From assembly GCF_009914755.1 (NCBI RefSeq), contig NC_060935.1: DNA of 64,000 bases; one strand, given 5' to 3'. A program made the position numbers and the translations under genes. The DNA comes from the human T2T-CHM13v2.0 reference genome, Homo sapiens. The notes below the pieces were generated by a model. The model did no database searches, was not told the DNA's origin, and saw nothing but the letters and a program-made list of their open reading frames with translations. Of this stretch, positions 44,561 to 62,460 are shown one piece after another. Within the stretch, counting starts at the first letter, position 1, and each line of letters begins with the position of its first letter.

Positions 44561-47500
44561 TCATGATTTGCTTTCACGGCTGCAGCCTGCACACCCAGCT
44601 CTCATCTGTTCTTCAAGATTCATTTTAGTCACCCTTCCTCCGTGCATAATCCCTCACTGCCCACTACCCCAGTCTCAGTTCAGCACACTCCTGTGTGTGG
44701 TATAACCCTTCATCCATCTCTTGTTGGTGGAGTTTGCTTGTCTCTCTCCCCCATCTGCCTATAAGCTCGGTGGGGGCGGAGACTGTGCCTCCTCCCTTCC
44801 CCCTCAGCATCAGTGTTCCTGAAATGTTCATTGGACGGATGAGTGCTCTAATTCCAGGCCTGGTGCGCCCCACCTGGGATGAAGCCAGTGCGTGTGAACC
44901 TGCTAGCTTCTGATTTCTTAAGATGAATCCTGAGTTCTTTTGTGCAGTGCAGGGAGTGCTGTGCTTTTGGGTTGAGGGCACCCCCTCCTAGGGATAGAAA
45001 GTTGGTGACCCCTTACCTCCTTGCAGGGCCGATTGTAACTTAGGTCCTGCTGCTTCCACAAAGCCTTCCCTAGTAATTCCATCTTTTCTGTACCGCTCCT
45101 GTAATACTTAATTCATTCTTCTCCTGACATGCTTGTCATACTTTACCTTGTCCTGTATCACTTACTTATGTGATGTATCTCCTTTGCGATACACCTCGTA
45201 TCTATCCCTGTGGGACAACTCGTCCGCCCGTGAACCACCATGGGTCCATCTATAGTAGACTTTACCATTGGTAGAGTTTAAATGGCACTTTGTTGAATGA
45301 ATGAATGATAAATTTCCTACTATATTTGTAGTGTGGAAGCCTGTTCAGCTGTTATCTCATTGTAATGCTAGTTTTTCTCATTATCCATTCTACATTCCGT
45401 GAGAGCAAGGATTTTACTAAATACTTCTGTGTCCTCATAATACTGGGCAGATAATTTAATGGGTAATTAATTACTGATTGATTTCCTTAAATTTTCTATC
45501 CTATTAAGACTTTTGAGGCAAAAAAAAAAAAATCTTATTAGCCTTGTTAAGGGGTGCCAACATTTGAAAGAATTGACTAAGCCTGAGTCCCTATGATGAA
45601 ACGTATAGCATGTGGGATTCCCCATGACAGGTGGAAATCCAAAGGGTTTTTCTGATCATTTCCTGAAAGCCACTGATGACTTCACTGAAGGCAAAAGATC
45701 TCAGTTAAAGGGAATTATTAGACTTGACACTAGAAGTTGTCAGTGTAGCCCTCATTATCGGGCTACTTTGTGGTGGATGGGAACTGGCTTTGGGGCTTTG
45801 TCTGTGACAGGAGAGTGCTCCCTGCTGACTCTGGGTGGGTCAGACAGAGGCCATACCAGAGCTCTGAGCTTCCACCGTGTGTAGAGCCCTGAGCGGGGCA
45901 GGGAACACAGGGACAAAGAGGAGTGAGGTAGGTAGGGGAGGAGGGTCATGGGCACATGGTGCAAACCCGAGTGTGTGTGTGAGAAAAAAGCATTTCTAAT
46001 CAGTGACCCTCGTATTAAGCAGGGTTCTGTGTGTGAGTGGTGGGGTTGCTGGGATAAAGAGCCATTTGAGGCTGGAGGGCTGGTCTCTGCCATTGGGGTC
46101 TTGGCTGGTGAGAATGAGGATGATTACTCATATCCATGTGTCGTTGTGACTCAGAGAGCTCGGGTTCTGGAGTTGGAGAGACCAAAGTTCACAGCTGAGC
46201 CCAGCTGCTGCTTAGCTGATTGGCCTTGGGTAAGTTCCTCACACTTTCTGTTTCTTCTTCTCTTGTGTGGGGTATCATAATAACTGCTTCCTGTTTCTCT
46301 GTGTCTTGTACAAGAAGACATGCCCCCACAGTGGGACTAGCACTCAGGTCTTGTCAATTCTTGTCCTGTGCTTTCTATACCCTTCAGCCAAGGGAAGGGG
46401 GGCTGTCTGCTTAATTAGCTGATGTTGATAAGAGCTTTGGAGATACAAAGCTCTTGATAAGAGCTAATCCCCTTAATCTGTGTGGGGCTGATGTGTGCAT
46501 GTGTTGTACAAGGCAAATAGCACTGGGGGGATTGACCAGGAATGCAGGGCAGCACACGGAGTGTGCATGTGTTTGCGTGTGTGCATGTGTACACATTGTT
46601 CTTGCTCCCTTGAAAGGTGCTGCAGACATGATGTGCAGGGATTCATGCCTCAGATGGAGCTTGGAGGAGATGCCCTCCGTGTTTTTCCATCCCCAAAATG
46701 CTGTGATTCTATCCTTGATTGGAAGGTGGCTCCAGGTCCTGGGGCAGGGAAGCTCCTGAGCTCTGCAGGAGCGTCTGTGTGGTCCAAGGGAAGGATTTAA
46801 GAGCCCAGAGTCAGGTGTGGGGTGAGCTTTCTGCACACTGCCCTGCTCACTGTCTCAGGGTGCTGAGGCATTTAAAAATTGTCCTGATAATCCTTCTGGC
46901 AAAGTTGCCAGCCCTACTATAGCCTAGAAAAGAGGAATCTGTGAACTCAAAGACATGCTGTTCTGTTTTGACTCAGCAATGGGCAATCTGTTTTCTCCCA
47001 GGAGTTTGGTCTTAACCTTAAGTTATCAATTGGTTCACCCTGCCCTCTGTTCCCTCCCCTCTGCATATGTAAGCTCAGCCTGCATCCTCTCTCGCTTCCT
47101 TCTGTGAACCTTCCCTGCGGGCAGTGATGGGGACAGGCCCTCAGTGCAGTGCCTGGCCTGCCCCCCATGTAGGCGTGGCTCCCCCAGAAACAGACCCCAA
47201 GTGAAGACAGAAGTAAGTGCAAGTGGTTATGTGGTTGGTGGTCCTGGGAACCACACAGAAAGGGGGTTATGGTTTTTTAAAAGTGCACTCATTTGCCTGA
47301 TAGAAGAGTGGAGAAGTGAGACAGGGAAGGGAAAGAAGACCATAAAACTGTGGCCACCCGGGGCCCAATCCCACTGGGGCACAGTGGGAGAGTATGGCCA
47401 CTAGCTAGGGTCTAGCACTTGGGGCCTGTCCCATGTGCATGGGCTGCATGAGCTCCAGAGACCAGAAAGTTCTTGGATGAGACAGAGGTGCCTGCATCTG

Positions 47501-47735
47501 GAGGCCCCCGGATCAGCGAGTGTGAGAGAAGTGGACATGGCCCCACAGCTGCTCCTGGCCAATCTGAACTACTGCATCCTAGACCCAGGCTTGGCCATTG
47601 CAGTGAAGACATCTCCTGTGGCTGTAACCCCACTCAGATGTACATGCCAGCTACCCTACGGTTCTAGGAGCATTTTTGCAATTTTTATTTCTTGGAAGAC
47701 ACTGGCAGTGATCTGATTTATTAAAACTGTAAGTT

Positions 47736-48133
<398 letters not shown>

Positions 48134-50054
48134 TCATCTTGGTCCTTTTGATATCCCATGAAGCAGGTGTTGTTATTCTTGTTTGCTATTTGAGGCAACT
48201 GAGGCAGAGAGTGGTTAAGTGAGTTTATGCAGCTTGTAGGAGGCCGATTGAGGCCCTGAACCTAGTACCATACCATCTTTCCTGGCTGCGCTCACCATCT
48301 GAGAGCTTGGTTCTGCCAAATGGCACTTCACAAAGCATTGAGCGGGTTGGGTGGGCTACTTCTGTGGGCCTCCTGTGTATAGACACCAAAAATAAGATTC
48401 AATCCAACTAAAAGCCTGTTAATTATGCCCCAAAAATATGGATTGAAGGGTACCTGGGCCTTGATGGATGGAAGCTGCCTTTAAGTCAGACTCTGAGGAA
48501 TGTCGTAGCCCCTCACCCTTTGATGAATTTGTGTCTGCCTGGCAGGGCCTGGCAGCTGCCCGGGCTCTGGCTCTCTTCTCTATTCCAGGAAGCCCAGCCA
48601 TGCCAGCTCTGGCTTGTCACTCTTTTTGTCCCAGGGAGCCCCTAGAGACCTCTCAGTAATGCATTCTACCTACTGGGCTTGGCTGGCACTCTTCCTGCCC
48701 CTAGGGCCTGGTAAGTGACTTTGCCATCAGGCTTTGTGATTGCAGCTTGTGGGTGGGGATCCCCAGGATCCTCTTTAACTGGGTGCTCAGTTTTCATTTT
48801 AATCTGACAACTGAAGAGCTCTGGAGTAGGAGCCAGGAGATCTTGATTTCAGTCTCACTCATTGCTTATGTGTCCCCCTACTTCTCTTCTCTGGGCCTAG
48901 CGTCCTCATCTGCTAAGTGATGGGATCTAGTATCCCTTCCAGGCCTGAAATCCCAGGAGTTGGGGAGAAGCAGGAATTGGGTTACAAAGAGGGCAGAGGG
49001 TTACCAGCTGATTTCAGAGGTTTGTCTCCTCCAGGACCCAGCTGTCTGCTGGCTGACAGGTCAAGCACCCGGGATCCATTACATTAGATCAATCTAAGAG
49101 ACCTTGGATTCTGCCAGTCCTAGGCACTTCATAAAATCCCTGGCCTTACATCTTTGTTGGGGTGGGGATGGGGCAGAGGGAAGAACTTGGGAATTGGTGC
49201 ATGGTGGGGATGGGGAAGAGGGCTGTGGACTGACCCATATTTGAGCCACGGAGTCTGGGCCAGCCCCAGGAGCAGAGGGGCCTGTAGAATGGGCCATGAT
49301 GGATTGTGACCACTCAGCTTGTGGGTCAATAATCCCTTTACTAAGAGATCCGCAGGTGCACCTTAGCTGGAGCTCAGTCATAAAGGCAGCAGTGGAGAAT
49401 GGAGCTTTCATAAGGGGTCCTGAGGAAGCGCCTGTTAGATTGCTCTTTCAAATTGGCCGTGACAGACATGTTCCTTAGGGAGCCATTATCTTCAGACGGA
49501 AGCTGGATACTTTGGTCTGGAAGATTTGACCCTAGGCTATTCAGCCAGGATGGATGGAATAGGAAGTTGGCCCTACAATGCCTCATGGCCAAAGTGCTTT
49601 GGCCATGGTGGCCAGGAAGGGATACAGAATGTTGAGAGGGGAGCAGAGGGACTGGAGATGGTCATGCACAAGGCACCAGACCCCTCCAAAGGTGTCGGAA
49701 AACCAAAGATCAGCACATGAAACTACGTCAAGACCTTGAGGGAGCACACAGATTTCAGATATGGGAGTGGGCTGCTCAGATTTTACAAGATAACCCTTTT
49801 GTCTCAGGCAATGAACCAGTCAGCTTTCCTTGCACCAAACAAGCTTATAATACACTACAGTTACCTGTACAAGTGATTCCAGTGCCCCCTGTGCATCAAG
49901 CAGTTTTTATTGGGCTTTTGCCCTGGGGTTCCTTGAAGTTGCCACTGCTAAAGGGGACTTTTTTAAGAGGCTTAAAAGCCTCTGCTAGAATGATCAAAGA
50001 GGGTTCCAGGATGGCAGTGGACAGGTGTGACTGGAGCAAAAAGTTCACTTAGGA

Positions 50055-50215
50055 CAGGGGTTCTCCTGGGGAACCTTCTCGGGAGCCCCGTGAATGTTGG
50101 CAAAGTGTTACGTGTAAGTAGTGATGTGTGTTTCTCTGGGCAAGAGCGTAAAACCTTCAGCCAGAGTCTCAAAATGGTCTTTTGTCTCGCAAGAGGTTAC
50201 GGTTAAGAACCGCAG
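50055..50215. mobile_element. Old hAT-Charlie-type MITE, followed by an L2 3' end (~50225-50330)
   Basis: CAGGGGTTCT...GGTTAAGAACCGCAG termini; family uncertain. Confidence 0.5.
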
Positions 50216-50347
50216 TCAGCTCTATACAGCAGGGCTATGTCTGCTTTGCTTTCCATTGTTTTCTTAGTACCTAGCTTAGGTACCTGGCACTTAGTAGGTG
50301 GTTAATAAATAATGGTTGGATGAACAGCTGACTAAGAAGATTAATAG

Positions 50348-50521
<174 letters not shown>

Positions 50522-50588
50522 TGAGGAGCTAAGACCATAGACATGTGCCACTACACCTGGCTAATTTCGAAATTTTTTGTACAGACAG

Positions 50589-53538
<2,950 letters not shown>

Positions 53539-53829
53539 GATGGGGTCTCCCTATGTTGTTCAGGCTGGTCTCAAACTCCTGGGCTCAAGGGATCCTCCTG
53601 CCTTGGCCTCCCAAAGTGCTGGGATTACAGGCACGAACCACTACACCTGGCCCCGGAAAGCTTTTAATGTAGCTGTTCATAGCCTTGTGGAAAAGTTCTG
53701 GTTTAATTTTTTAAATAAATATTTATTAGTATTTTGCTCCAATCACGTCAGGTATTGTAGTATTATTACTAGTACTGCTACCACCCCCACTGTCACTATT
53801 ATTTCCCCACTGACAACTATCAGACACTA

Positions 53830-54050
53830 CTTATTGGGCATGCACGATGTGCCGGGCATTGTGCTCAACCCTTTGCAATACGATCTCATTCAATCCTTAC
53901 AACCATCCAGTGAAGTAGATATCATTACCCGCCTCTTACTGTTGAGGCTCGGAGAGCAGTTAAGTCACTTGCCCACGATCATGCAGCAACAAAGTGGAAA
54001 TGCCCTAATTCTAACCCAAGTCAGCCTGACTCCAAAACCTATATCCTCAG
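53830..54050 (-). mobile_element. MIR
   Basis: TTATTGGGCATGCACGATGTGCCGGGCATTGTGCT...GTTAAGTCACTTGCCCA. Confidence 0.82.
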
Positions 54051-54610
54051 CCATTATTTAATCTTCGGGGATGGGTGGTTCAGTGCTGAGAACAAAGACT
54101 CGTGTACCCTGGTCACAGCTTGTCACACACAAACCCCAAGCTCAAAGCCTCTGTGAAGTAAGAAAGGAACACGTTCATGCTGAGTCTTGGGTAAGGTCAG
54201 GAAGGCTGCTTGGGGTGGGCACGGTGAGTCTGCAGGGTCGGTGGATGATCTTGACAACCTTCTCCTTAGTTAAGCCTTTCACACAGTCCATTTTCTCCAA
54301 TCAGCTGAATGTTTGAAGGCCTGCAAGGCCCCCTGCTAGAGAAGATCAGGGAATCAGGCACTTGGAGCTGTCAGGGAGAAATATCTAAATCATTTGAACA
54401 GGTAATAATAGGATAGTGTAAGCTTGTTTAGTGCAAGGAAACTCGTTGTAACAGAAACCCCCTCCCAGCTCATCAACTTGCAGCTAAGGGATTTTCTGTG
54501 AGGTAGACACAAAGAAGACTTCCCCAGAGCCCTGGCAGTGAGGCAAGGGAGGGTCTGGGCCATCAGGAGCCAGAAAGAGTGAAGGTCCTGGCATCCTCAG
54601 GGGCTTATGA

Positions 54611-55279
<669 letters not shown>

Positions 55280-55624
55280 TTAATTTTCACAACAACCCCA
55301 TGAACTAGGTACTATTACTACCCCCATTTTTCAGACACAGACAGGAGGCTTAGAGAGGGTAAGTGACTTGCCCCAGGTCACACTGCCTTTAGGGGGCAGA
55401 AGTGAGACACTTATCTGGGTAGTTTGACTTCAAAGCCATGCCTTTAACCACTGGGCAGACTTTTCTCATGTTTTTGAGCAAGACTCACAGCAAGAAATAC
55501 TTTTCCAAGCCTAACCCTGATTGTCCACAGATATATGCATATCAAATGGAAATACTTTGTACTGCATGCCCTGATAGTTCTTATTTTCTTTGCTTTTGGC
55601 TTTCTCTTTTGGGAGTGTCATTAT

Positions 55625-56031
55625 TGTATTAGTTTCCTGTGGCTGTGGTAACAAATGACCGGAAGCCAGGTGGCTTAAAACAGCAGACATTTATTCTTTC
55701 ACAATTCTGGAGGCCAGAAGTCTGCAATCAAGTTGTCAGCAGGGCTGTGCTCCCGCCAAAGGCCCTAGGGAGAATGCGTTCTGTGCCTCTTGCAGCATCT
55801 GGTGGCTTTAGCTGGTCTTTGCTGCAGTCTCTGCCTCTGTGGTCACGCTGCCCCCTCCTCTTCTCTGTGTGTCTGTCCTACGGATACATGTGGTTTACTT
55901 AGGGCCCCCCTGATAACCCAGTGTGCTCCTCCTCTCAAGATCCTTTGACTTAATCACATCTTTTGCCATGCAAGGTAACATCCAGAGGTTCTGGGAGTTA
56001 GGTCATGTGGGTCGCCTTTTAAGCCACTACA
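55625..56031 (-). mobile_element. MLT1C/D-like solo LTR
   Basis: TGTATTAGTTTCCTGTGGCTGTGGTAACAAAT...ATTCTGGAGGCCAGAAGTCTG...CCACTACA. Confidence 0.85.
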
Positions 56032-56156
56032 TTTATGGACTTGTGAATTTTTACAGATTCAGTGTATTTCAGTCAGTTCTCCTAACTATTCTTTTTGCAT
56101 CTCAAATTGTCCCGTCTTTGGCCTGTGGGAACCCCTTGGAGCCAGCCCCTGTACTC

Positions 56157-56450
56157 TTTTAAATTTTATTTTATTTTTCAGACAGGGTCTTGCTCTGTTG
56201 CCCAGGCTGGAGTGCAGTGGTGTGATCATAGCTCACTGCACCCTCATTCTCCTGGGCTCAGGTGATCCTCCCCACTCAGCCTCCAAGTAGCTGGGGCTAC
56301 ACTCAGCTAATTTTTTATTTTTATTTTTTTGTAGAGTATGGGGTCTTGTTATGTTTGCCAGGCTGGTCTTGGCCTCCTGGGCTCAAGTGATCCTCCCGCC
56401 TTGGACTCCCAAAGTACTGGGATTACAGGTGTGAACCACCGCACCCGGCC
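56157..56450 (-). mobile_element. AluJ in an L1ME-like fragment
   Basis: TSD CCCCTGTACTCTTT on both sides. Confidence 0.88.
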
Positions 56451-56924
56451 CCCTGTACTCTTTAGGTGTGACCCCATCGGTCTGTGAACAAGCCCATGCT
56501 CTCTGACACAAGATGTCACAGGCTTGTGTGTTCCTGACCCCCAACCAGGAATTCCTCCAAGTCACCCTGATTTCTTTCAGTAGGAAATGACATTTCTGTT
56601 ATTTTCCATTCTCTTCTATTTCATTAAAGAAAAACACTGATTACAATCTACTAAATTGATTTCACGGACCTACTTATGGGTTGTGACCCATAGTTTGAAA
56701 ATCACTGTCCTGGGCTATTTTGTCTTTCTTTACTTTCTTCATAAATTTAGGAAATTCCTTCCCATCAGAAAGTGAGGTACCCTCAAAGGCAGGGTCACGT
56801 GTTCATCCACTGGCTCCTCCATGGCGGCAGGATGGGGTCTGCACACATGGGGCCTGCACCATGCAGCCTGCGTCCCATCCAGGGGCCCTCAGAGCTCCTG
56901 CTGCCCTCCGTGGCACCCTGCTTC

Positions 56925-57045
56925 TCTCTGGGCCCTCCCCGTTCCTCCTCCTCCTCCTCTTCCCCCTTACTCTTCTTCCTCCCCCTTCCCTCTTCCTCCT
57001 CCCTCTCCCTCTTCCTCCTCCCCTTTCCGCCCTGCCTCTCTCCAT
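56925..57045. repeat. Pyrimidine-rich (CCT/CT) low-complexity tract
   Basis: Nearly pure C/T for about 85 nt (56942-57027). Confidence 0.9.
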
Positions 57046-58019
57046 CACTGCCTGGACTTCATTTTGCCATTCTAAGAGGCTAATGTGAAAATTGCTCACA
57101 GATGGCATAAACAATATGGAAAAGAGCCTCTCTCTTCATTAGAGTAACACAAGATAGTGTTTTTAAGTGATTAAACTGTTATAGCAATAATTATGTTGAA
57201 ATCTAAACATCTCATCACACTACTTTAACCTCTCACCAAGGGCTCTTGAGGTCCCCTTGGGGTTTGGCAGGGGCCACCCCAATAGAGAGCTCAAGAGCGG
57301 ACTGTCTAGGCCTTGCTGGACCTTCCCCATGGGGCCCCATGGGGCAGAAATATCTGAGTAGTGTTGGGACCTCCATTGGTGCCCCCTCCCTGTAACCAGA
57401 TGTAGAGGTCCTGGCCCCAAAGCTAGGCTCTAGCTGAATTTTTCTTTGGTGGCTATCCCATCCCCTTTGGCCTCCTCCTTGTCCCATAGCCACTCTCTAC
57501 TCTGAGTAGCTGCAGGTGCTCCTAGAGGGCTGTCCTGCTTGCCCCTCCTTGCTGGCCACCCCTTGTTCTCTCAGCACCCTGCCCAGAGTCAGCTGGCACC
57601 GAGGGAAGAAAGTGGGTGAAGTCCTCTGCAAGACACAATTGCAAGACAGACACTTCATCTCGTACCCTGCCGCGGAGTCTGGGCATTCTCTAGAGCACCT
57701 TGGGAATTGCTCTCAACCTGTTCTTCCTCTTCCTCCATTAGCGTAGATCCTCATTTCTTTCTTCCAGGGCTGTGAAACAGCTCCCACCTCACCTCCTGCC
57801 CTTCAGCTTCTCTCCCTGCCTGCTGCTCCAGGAAAGGAAAGTATAGAAAGCTACACAGAAATAAAGACACCTTCATGTATTTGATTATCTTGGGGGGATG
57901 GGGTGCAGATTTAAGAGATTTAAGAGAGACCTAGAGAAGATGAAACGCACCTGGTATGAAAATTATAGACTAGCAATCATGCGCCTCATTTTAAATAAAC
58001 ATGTAAAAATAAGACTTAA

Positions 58020-58282
58020 GGCCGGGCGCGGTGGCTCACGCCTGTAATCTGAGCACTTTGGGAGGCTAAGGTAGGTGGATCACTTGAGGCCAGGAGTTAG
58101 AGGCCAACATGGTAAAACCCCGTCTCTACTAAAACTACAAAAATTAGCCGGGCATGGTGGCATGCACCTGTAGTCCCAGCTACTCGGGAGGCTGAGGCGG
58201 GAGAATTGCTTGAACCAGGAGGTGGAGGTTGCAGTGAGCCAAGATTGCACCACTGCACCCCAGCCTGGGCGACAGAGCGACT
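58020..58282 (+). mobile_element. AluS lacking a poly(A) tail
   Basis: Ends at GACAGAGC directly followed by GACTTAAG, which also precedes the element. Confidence 0.9.
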
Positions 58283-61200
58283 TAAGTTTCCTATGGTGGT
58301 TGGTCAAGGCAGTAAGGAAAGAGGGAAAGAAGGAAAAGAGGGAGGTCAGAGCAAAGGCAGCGGGGAATGGCAGATGAGCACCCGGCCGGAAAGGGGACAC
58401 AGAGAGAAGAAGCAGAAAGGAGGGAGAGCAGAGCCGGGGGAGGCGGAGAGAGAAGGGCCATGATGTGAAGCAGCAGCTGGCCACCTACTCACAGGCCCTC
58501 CTGAGCTTCATTTTGGTTTAGGGATTCTAAGTGTTGTTGCCTCTTCTCACATCTGAGATGCTGATTAGTCAGCTCTTCCGTGGCTCTTTCTCTGGATCTT
58601 TCTGTCTCTCCTTTCAGTGGGCATAGCTCATCTTTTCAGTGGAGGAAACATTTTGGTCTGGGTCTCGGTGGGCAGAAGTCATTGCTGGCTTTTGTGCTCT
58701 TCCCTTCTTACCCCTGGCTCCAAACAGAGTGCCAGGGTGTGGTGGAAACTCCACGTGTTTGGGGGGAGGGTGGGCAGCTGGCTGGGTGAATCAGAACTTC
58801 CAGGTGGCAGCACTGTGTTAGAGGAAGGACTCATCAGGGTAGAGACAGCGGCAGATGGGGTGTGGGGAGGTGTCAGTGATGGCCACCCGTGCCCCACCTC
58901 AGGCTCTGATGAATGGAGGCTTCCCAGTCCCTCTTCTATTCAGAATCTACTTCTGATAAGGGACCTGACCAATATTTGAAGAAATATAAAAGGCCAACTT
59001 CATCTGCTGAGGGAGGATTACATCAAGGAGGATGAAATTAAAGGCTTTTCATGGAAAGAGATCTCCAGGATAATTTGATGGAAGACTTTAATTATTTCAG
59101 ATTCAAAGTGTCCCCCCGCCCCAACAAAAGATGCTTTAGAAAAAGGATTCATTGATTTGGGGAGTCACATAAAAATATTATGTACATGTATCTCTTTGAG
59201 TCCTTAGAGCTGCTATTAGTCTAGAGGGCTGTCAGCAGCCCAGGGGAGGGGGCTTCAGTGGGCCCTGCCCCTTTCCTGTGTGCTGGTGACAGATGACCCA
59301 AGTCTCTGCCACCAAGGGAATGGAAGAAAGGCCAGGGAAGGGGAAAATGGGTTTAAATGATTTAGATGCGACCTCAGAAAGAACTTGGAACCATTTTACC
59401 TGCTTTAACTGGCTCGGCACACTTTATTGGAGGGAAACTGATGCGCTTCCCTACCCTTAGACGAGAGAGTGGCATGTCTTATGTGTGTGGGGAGGTGAAC
59501 TCTTCAAGAGGTTGTGTTGTCTCAAAGCCGCACAGGGTGGCTCTAGGACCCAGGATCTTTTGGCCTTACCTTTGGTCCCCTGCCACACCAACACTGCTTC
59601 CAGGGTGCACTCAAGTCTCAAGCTCACCTTGATCCGTGCTTTCCCCAGGGAACAGTAGGCTCCTAGGCATCCCGGAGCTCATTCCATCTGTTCCTCTGCC
59701 TGAACGCCCCATTTGGATCCAATCTCAAGGACTCCGCAGCTGCTGTGCACTCATCGCTCTGGACACACGATGTCTGGAAAACTCTCTTGCTGGACTTCTG
59801 TGCTTTCTCCCTTGATCAGGGCTCGTCAGGAGGATGGCATACTCACATATCAAGGGCTTTGTAGGGCAAACAGATGAAAACAATTGTCTTATGATCTACC
59901 CTAAAGAAACATGGCTTGATGTGATTGACAGAAAGCCAGCCCTAGTGATGGTAAACACTGATGGTCAGCACACCGGTTCCTTATGTGCCAACTGACTCCA
60001 CGGAGGCCCGAAGGGCTTCTCCACTGCCCAAGGCCCTGGGCAGAGGCCACGTAGCAGGCGGGCCTGGCCCTGTTTGTGCTGATCTGTTCTTGAGAGCCCC
60101 GGGCTGTGTGTCTGGGGTTGCACAGCTCAGTGTCCCTCTGTGTCACCAGCCCACTTTATCTACTGTTGGGTCCCCAGGGCTCAGCACAGAGTAGGAATTT
60201 CATTAATGTTGGTTGATGATAAACATTATGGAGCCCAAGTTAATCCAGTTCTTCCTTCATTCACAAGAAATTATCATTCTCGCCATTTACTTACAAAACT
60301 GATTTTAGATGGGAACCTGCACTTTCCCGGTCTTCTCCAAAGGAGAAGCCACACAGCGCGGTGCAAGGAGAGCACCAGGCTAGGAGTGGAAACCTGGCTT
60401 CTGGTCCCAGCCCTGCTTTGCACTGGCCCTGTGAATGTGGGCACTTCCCCTCCCCAGAGTCTCTGCGTGCCTCTCTGCATGTGGCAGGTGGGGTTGTGCT
60501 AGCTCCTTCCAGTTCTGATATTTCCCTCCCCTTCCCTGCTCAACCCTGTGCCTCCCAGAGCAACACCAGGCTGGGAGGTGGAATGAGCCCGGCAGTTCCT
60601 GGAGACAGTGGTTTCCTGGGGCCCAGGAGGCAGGCCCTGCTGGGGTGAAACTGTCAACATGGCTGCTGCCCCCTCCCTGAAGGGCCTAAGGGCAGGATGA
60701 GCTTGTGGCTTGGGGCCCTGGTGTAGCCCTGCTGGACCTCTGCACGAGGGCCTGGCTCAGTCTTGTGTGGAGTGCCTGAGCCAGATAAGCAGAGAGGGTC
60801 CCCAAAGAGCTGCTCCCATCTGGCTGCATCCTCCCCTTTTCCAGCATGAAATCATTCTTCAAGTCATAACATATTTCCTGAGGAATAAAGGTCAAGACAA
60901 ACTTCAGAGTGAACTTCTGAACTCATGTCACGGTGCTGCTAGCAATTTGCTGTGCTTCTAATTCCCCTGAGCCTCAGTTTCCTTATCTGTAAAATGGGCC
61001 TGAGAATGCTCACTATGAAGATGGTGAGAGGCAATGTATATGAAGCTCTTTGAAAGGCACAAAGGGCTGTATGAGTGTCAGCCTCCGGGGAGAGGAGGCA
61101 GCCTGTGCCGGGGTGCTAATGCTCTGCTGGTGGCAGAGGGTGTGCTCCCAGGAGGGGTGTTATCCAGATGGCTCAAATGGGGTGAGAAACTCGGAGGCTT

Positions 61201-61879
61201 GGTGAGCTGTGAGGTAGAGGAGGCTGAGTGCACTCTGTCCCTGTCACCTGGCCCTTCATCTGACATCTCTGGCCCAGGCCACAGATTGGAGTGCTATTTT
61301 CTTCTATGCTTGGAGGAATCATCAATTTTGCCCCAGAAATATATCTTTAGCCGTGGTCCCAGGAGCCCCCAGCCACCCCTGGCACTACTCCCTACCTCTT
61401 AGCTGCCCTTTCCCTTAGCGGAAACAAGGATGTGACTCTTGACCTGCTTATTTGTGTTCCCTGGGCCTCCCTGACCACCAGACACCCATCTGGGTAAAAA
61501 CACACCTTGGAGATTGTAGATCCCCTGAAGCCAGGAGCTGTGCTCCCGAGGGCCCTCCTGACAACATGCGCCTTGTGCAGAGAGGGATAGCCATGGAAAG
61601 GTTGATGGTCATGATGACACAAGGGTTAGCAGTGCCTCCCTGGGGTCCTGGCCTGTTTCACTGATGGGTGGAGGAGGAGAAGGGACATTAGCTCCTAGGG
61701 GCCTGAGGAAGGCAATTTCTTGGGACCCAGGTGAGTCCAGAGGCCATGGCTGTGGTTTCAGCTGTGGGGCAGAGGGACTTCTCCAGTGAGGGTGAGAAAC
61801 CTCATGCTCAGTTCTCTGTTTTTTCTTATACCGTGAAAAATAAATGTGAAGTAAAGAGGGTTTCAGGGCAAGATACATC

Positions 61880-62460
61880 CTTCTTCCCTCCCTCCCTTCC
61901 TTCCTTTTTAAAATATTTATTAAGCAAGCAGTACTTGCCTTACGCTGTGCTAGGACACTCAGAGTGGAGAATGCGTCTGCTGCCCTCCTAGGAACTCGCA
62001 GTCTAGTCAGGGAGATGAAATCACCACCGAGCAAGGCGGCAGAAGGAGGCACGCGGCCGCTGATGGAGCGGCACAGCCATTCAGACCTGGGTGAGCTTTG
62101 GGAAGCCTGGTGTAGCCATGGAGGGTGTTGTGGAGGAGGTGGCCCAGAGATGGGCTTCAGAGGATGGGAAGAAGTTGGAGAGGTGGGGAAGGTGGAGGGA
62201 AGCATAATTGAGAACAAAACTGGTATAGGGCAGTGGTTGATGATCTGAGTTTGAATCCTGTCTATACCATGAAATATCCATGTGGCCTTGACAATTTCCC
62301 TTCCTATGTGAGCTTCAGTTTCTTCATTTGAAAAATGAGGACAATAACAGTATCTATCTCCTAAGGTTGTTTGAGGGTTAAATGAAATAAAATGTGAACT
62401 ACCTAGGGCCAAGGTTGTTCCGAGTACACGCATATTCAGAACACATTAGCTACTGTCGTT
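61880..62460. mobile_element. L2 3' end (-, ~61880-62200) followed by a MIR (+, ~62230-62460)
   Basis: AAATATTTATTAAGCA after (CCTT)n; GCTTCAGTTTCTTCATTTGAAAAATGAGGACAATAAC. Confidence 0.75.

Noticed and set aside
46425-46480. Short stem AAGAGCTTTG/CAAAGCTCTT with repeated TTGATAAGAGCT and TAATCC
   Set aside because: Too short to separate from chance or local duplication.
57325-57344. 20-bp palindrome CCCCATGGGGCCCCATGGGG
   Set aside because: Simple tandem duplication of a 10-bp palindrome; no functional evidence.
61725-61736. Consensus donor CAG|GTGAGT
   Set aside because: No convincing upstream acceptor or promoter; expected by chance in 64 kb.
61609-62433. 274-aa minus strand ORF, the longest in the window
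   Set aside because: Runs through MIR and L2 remnants, has no recognisable domain, and begins at a non-ATG codon.
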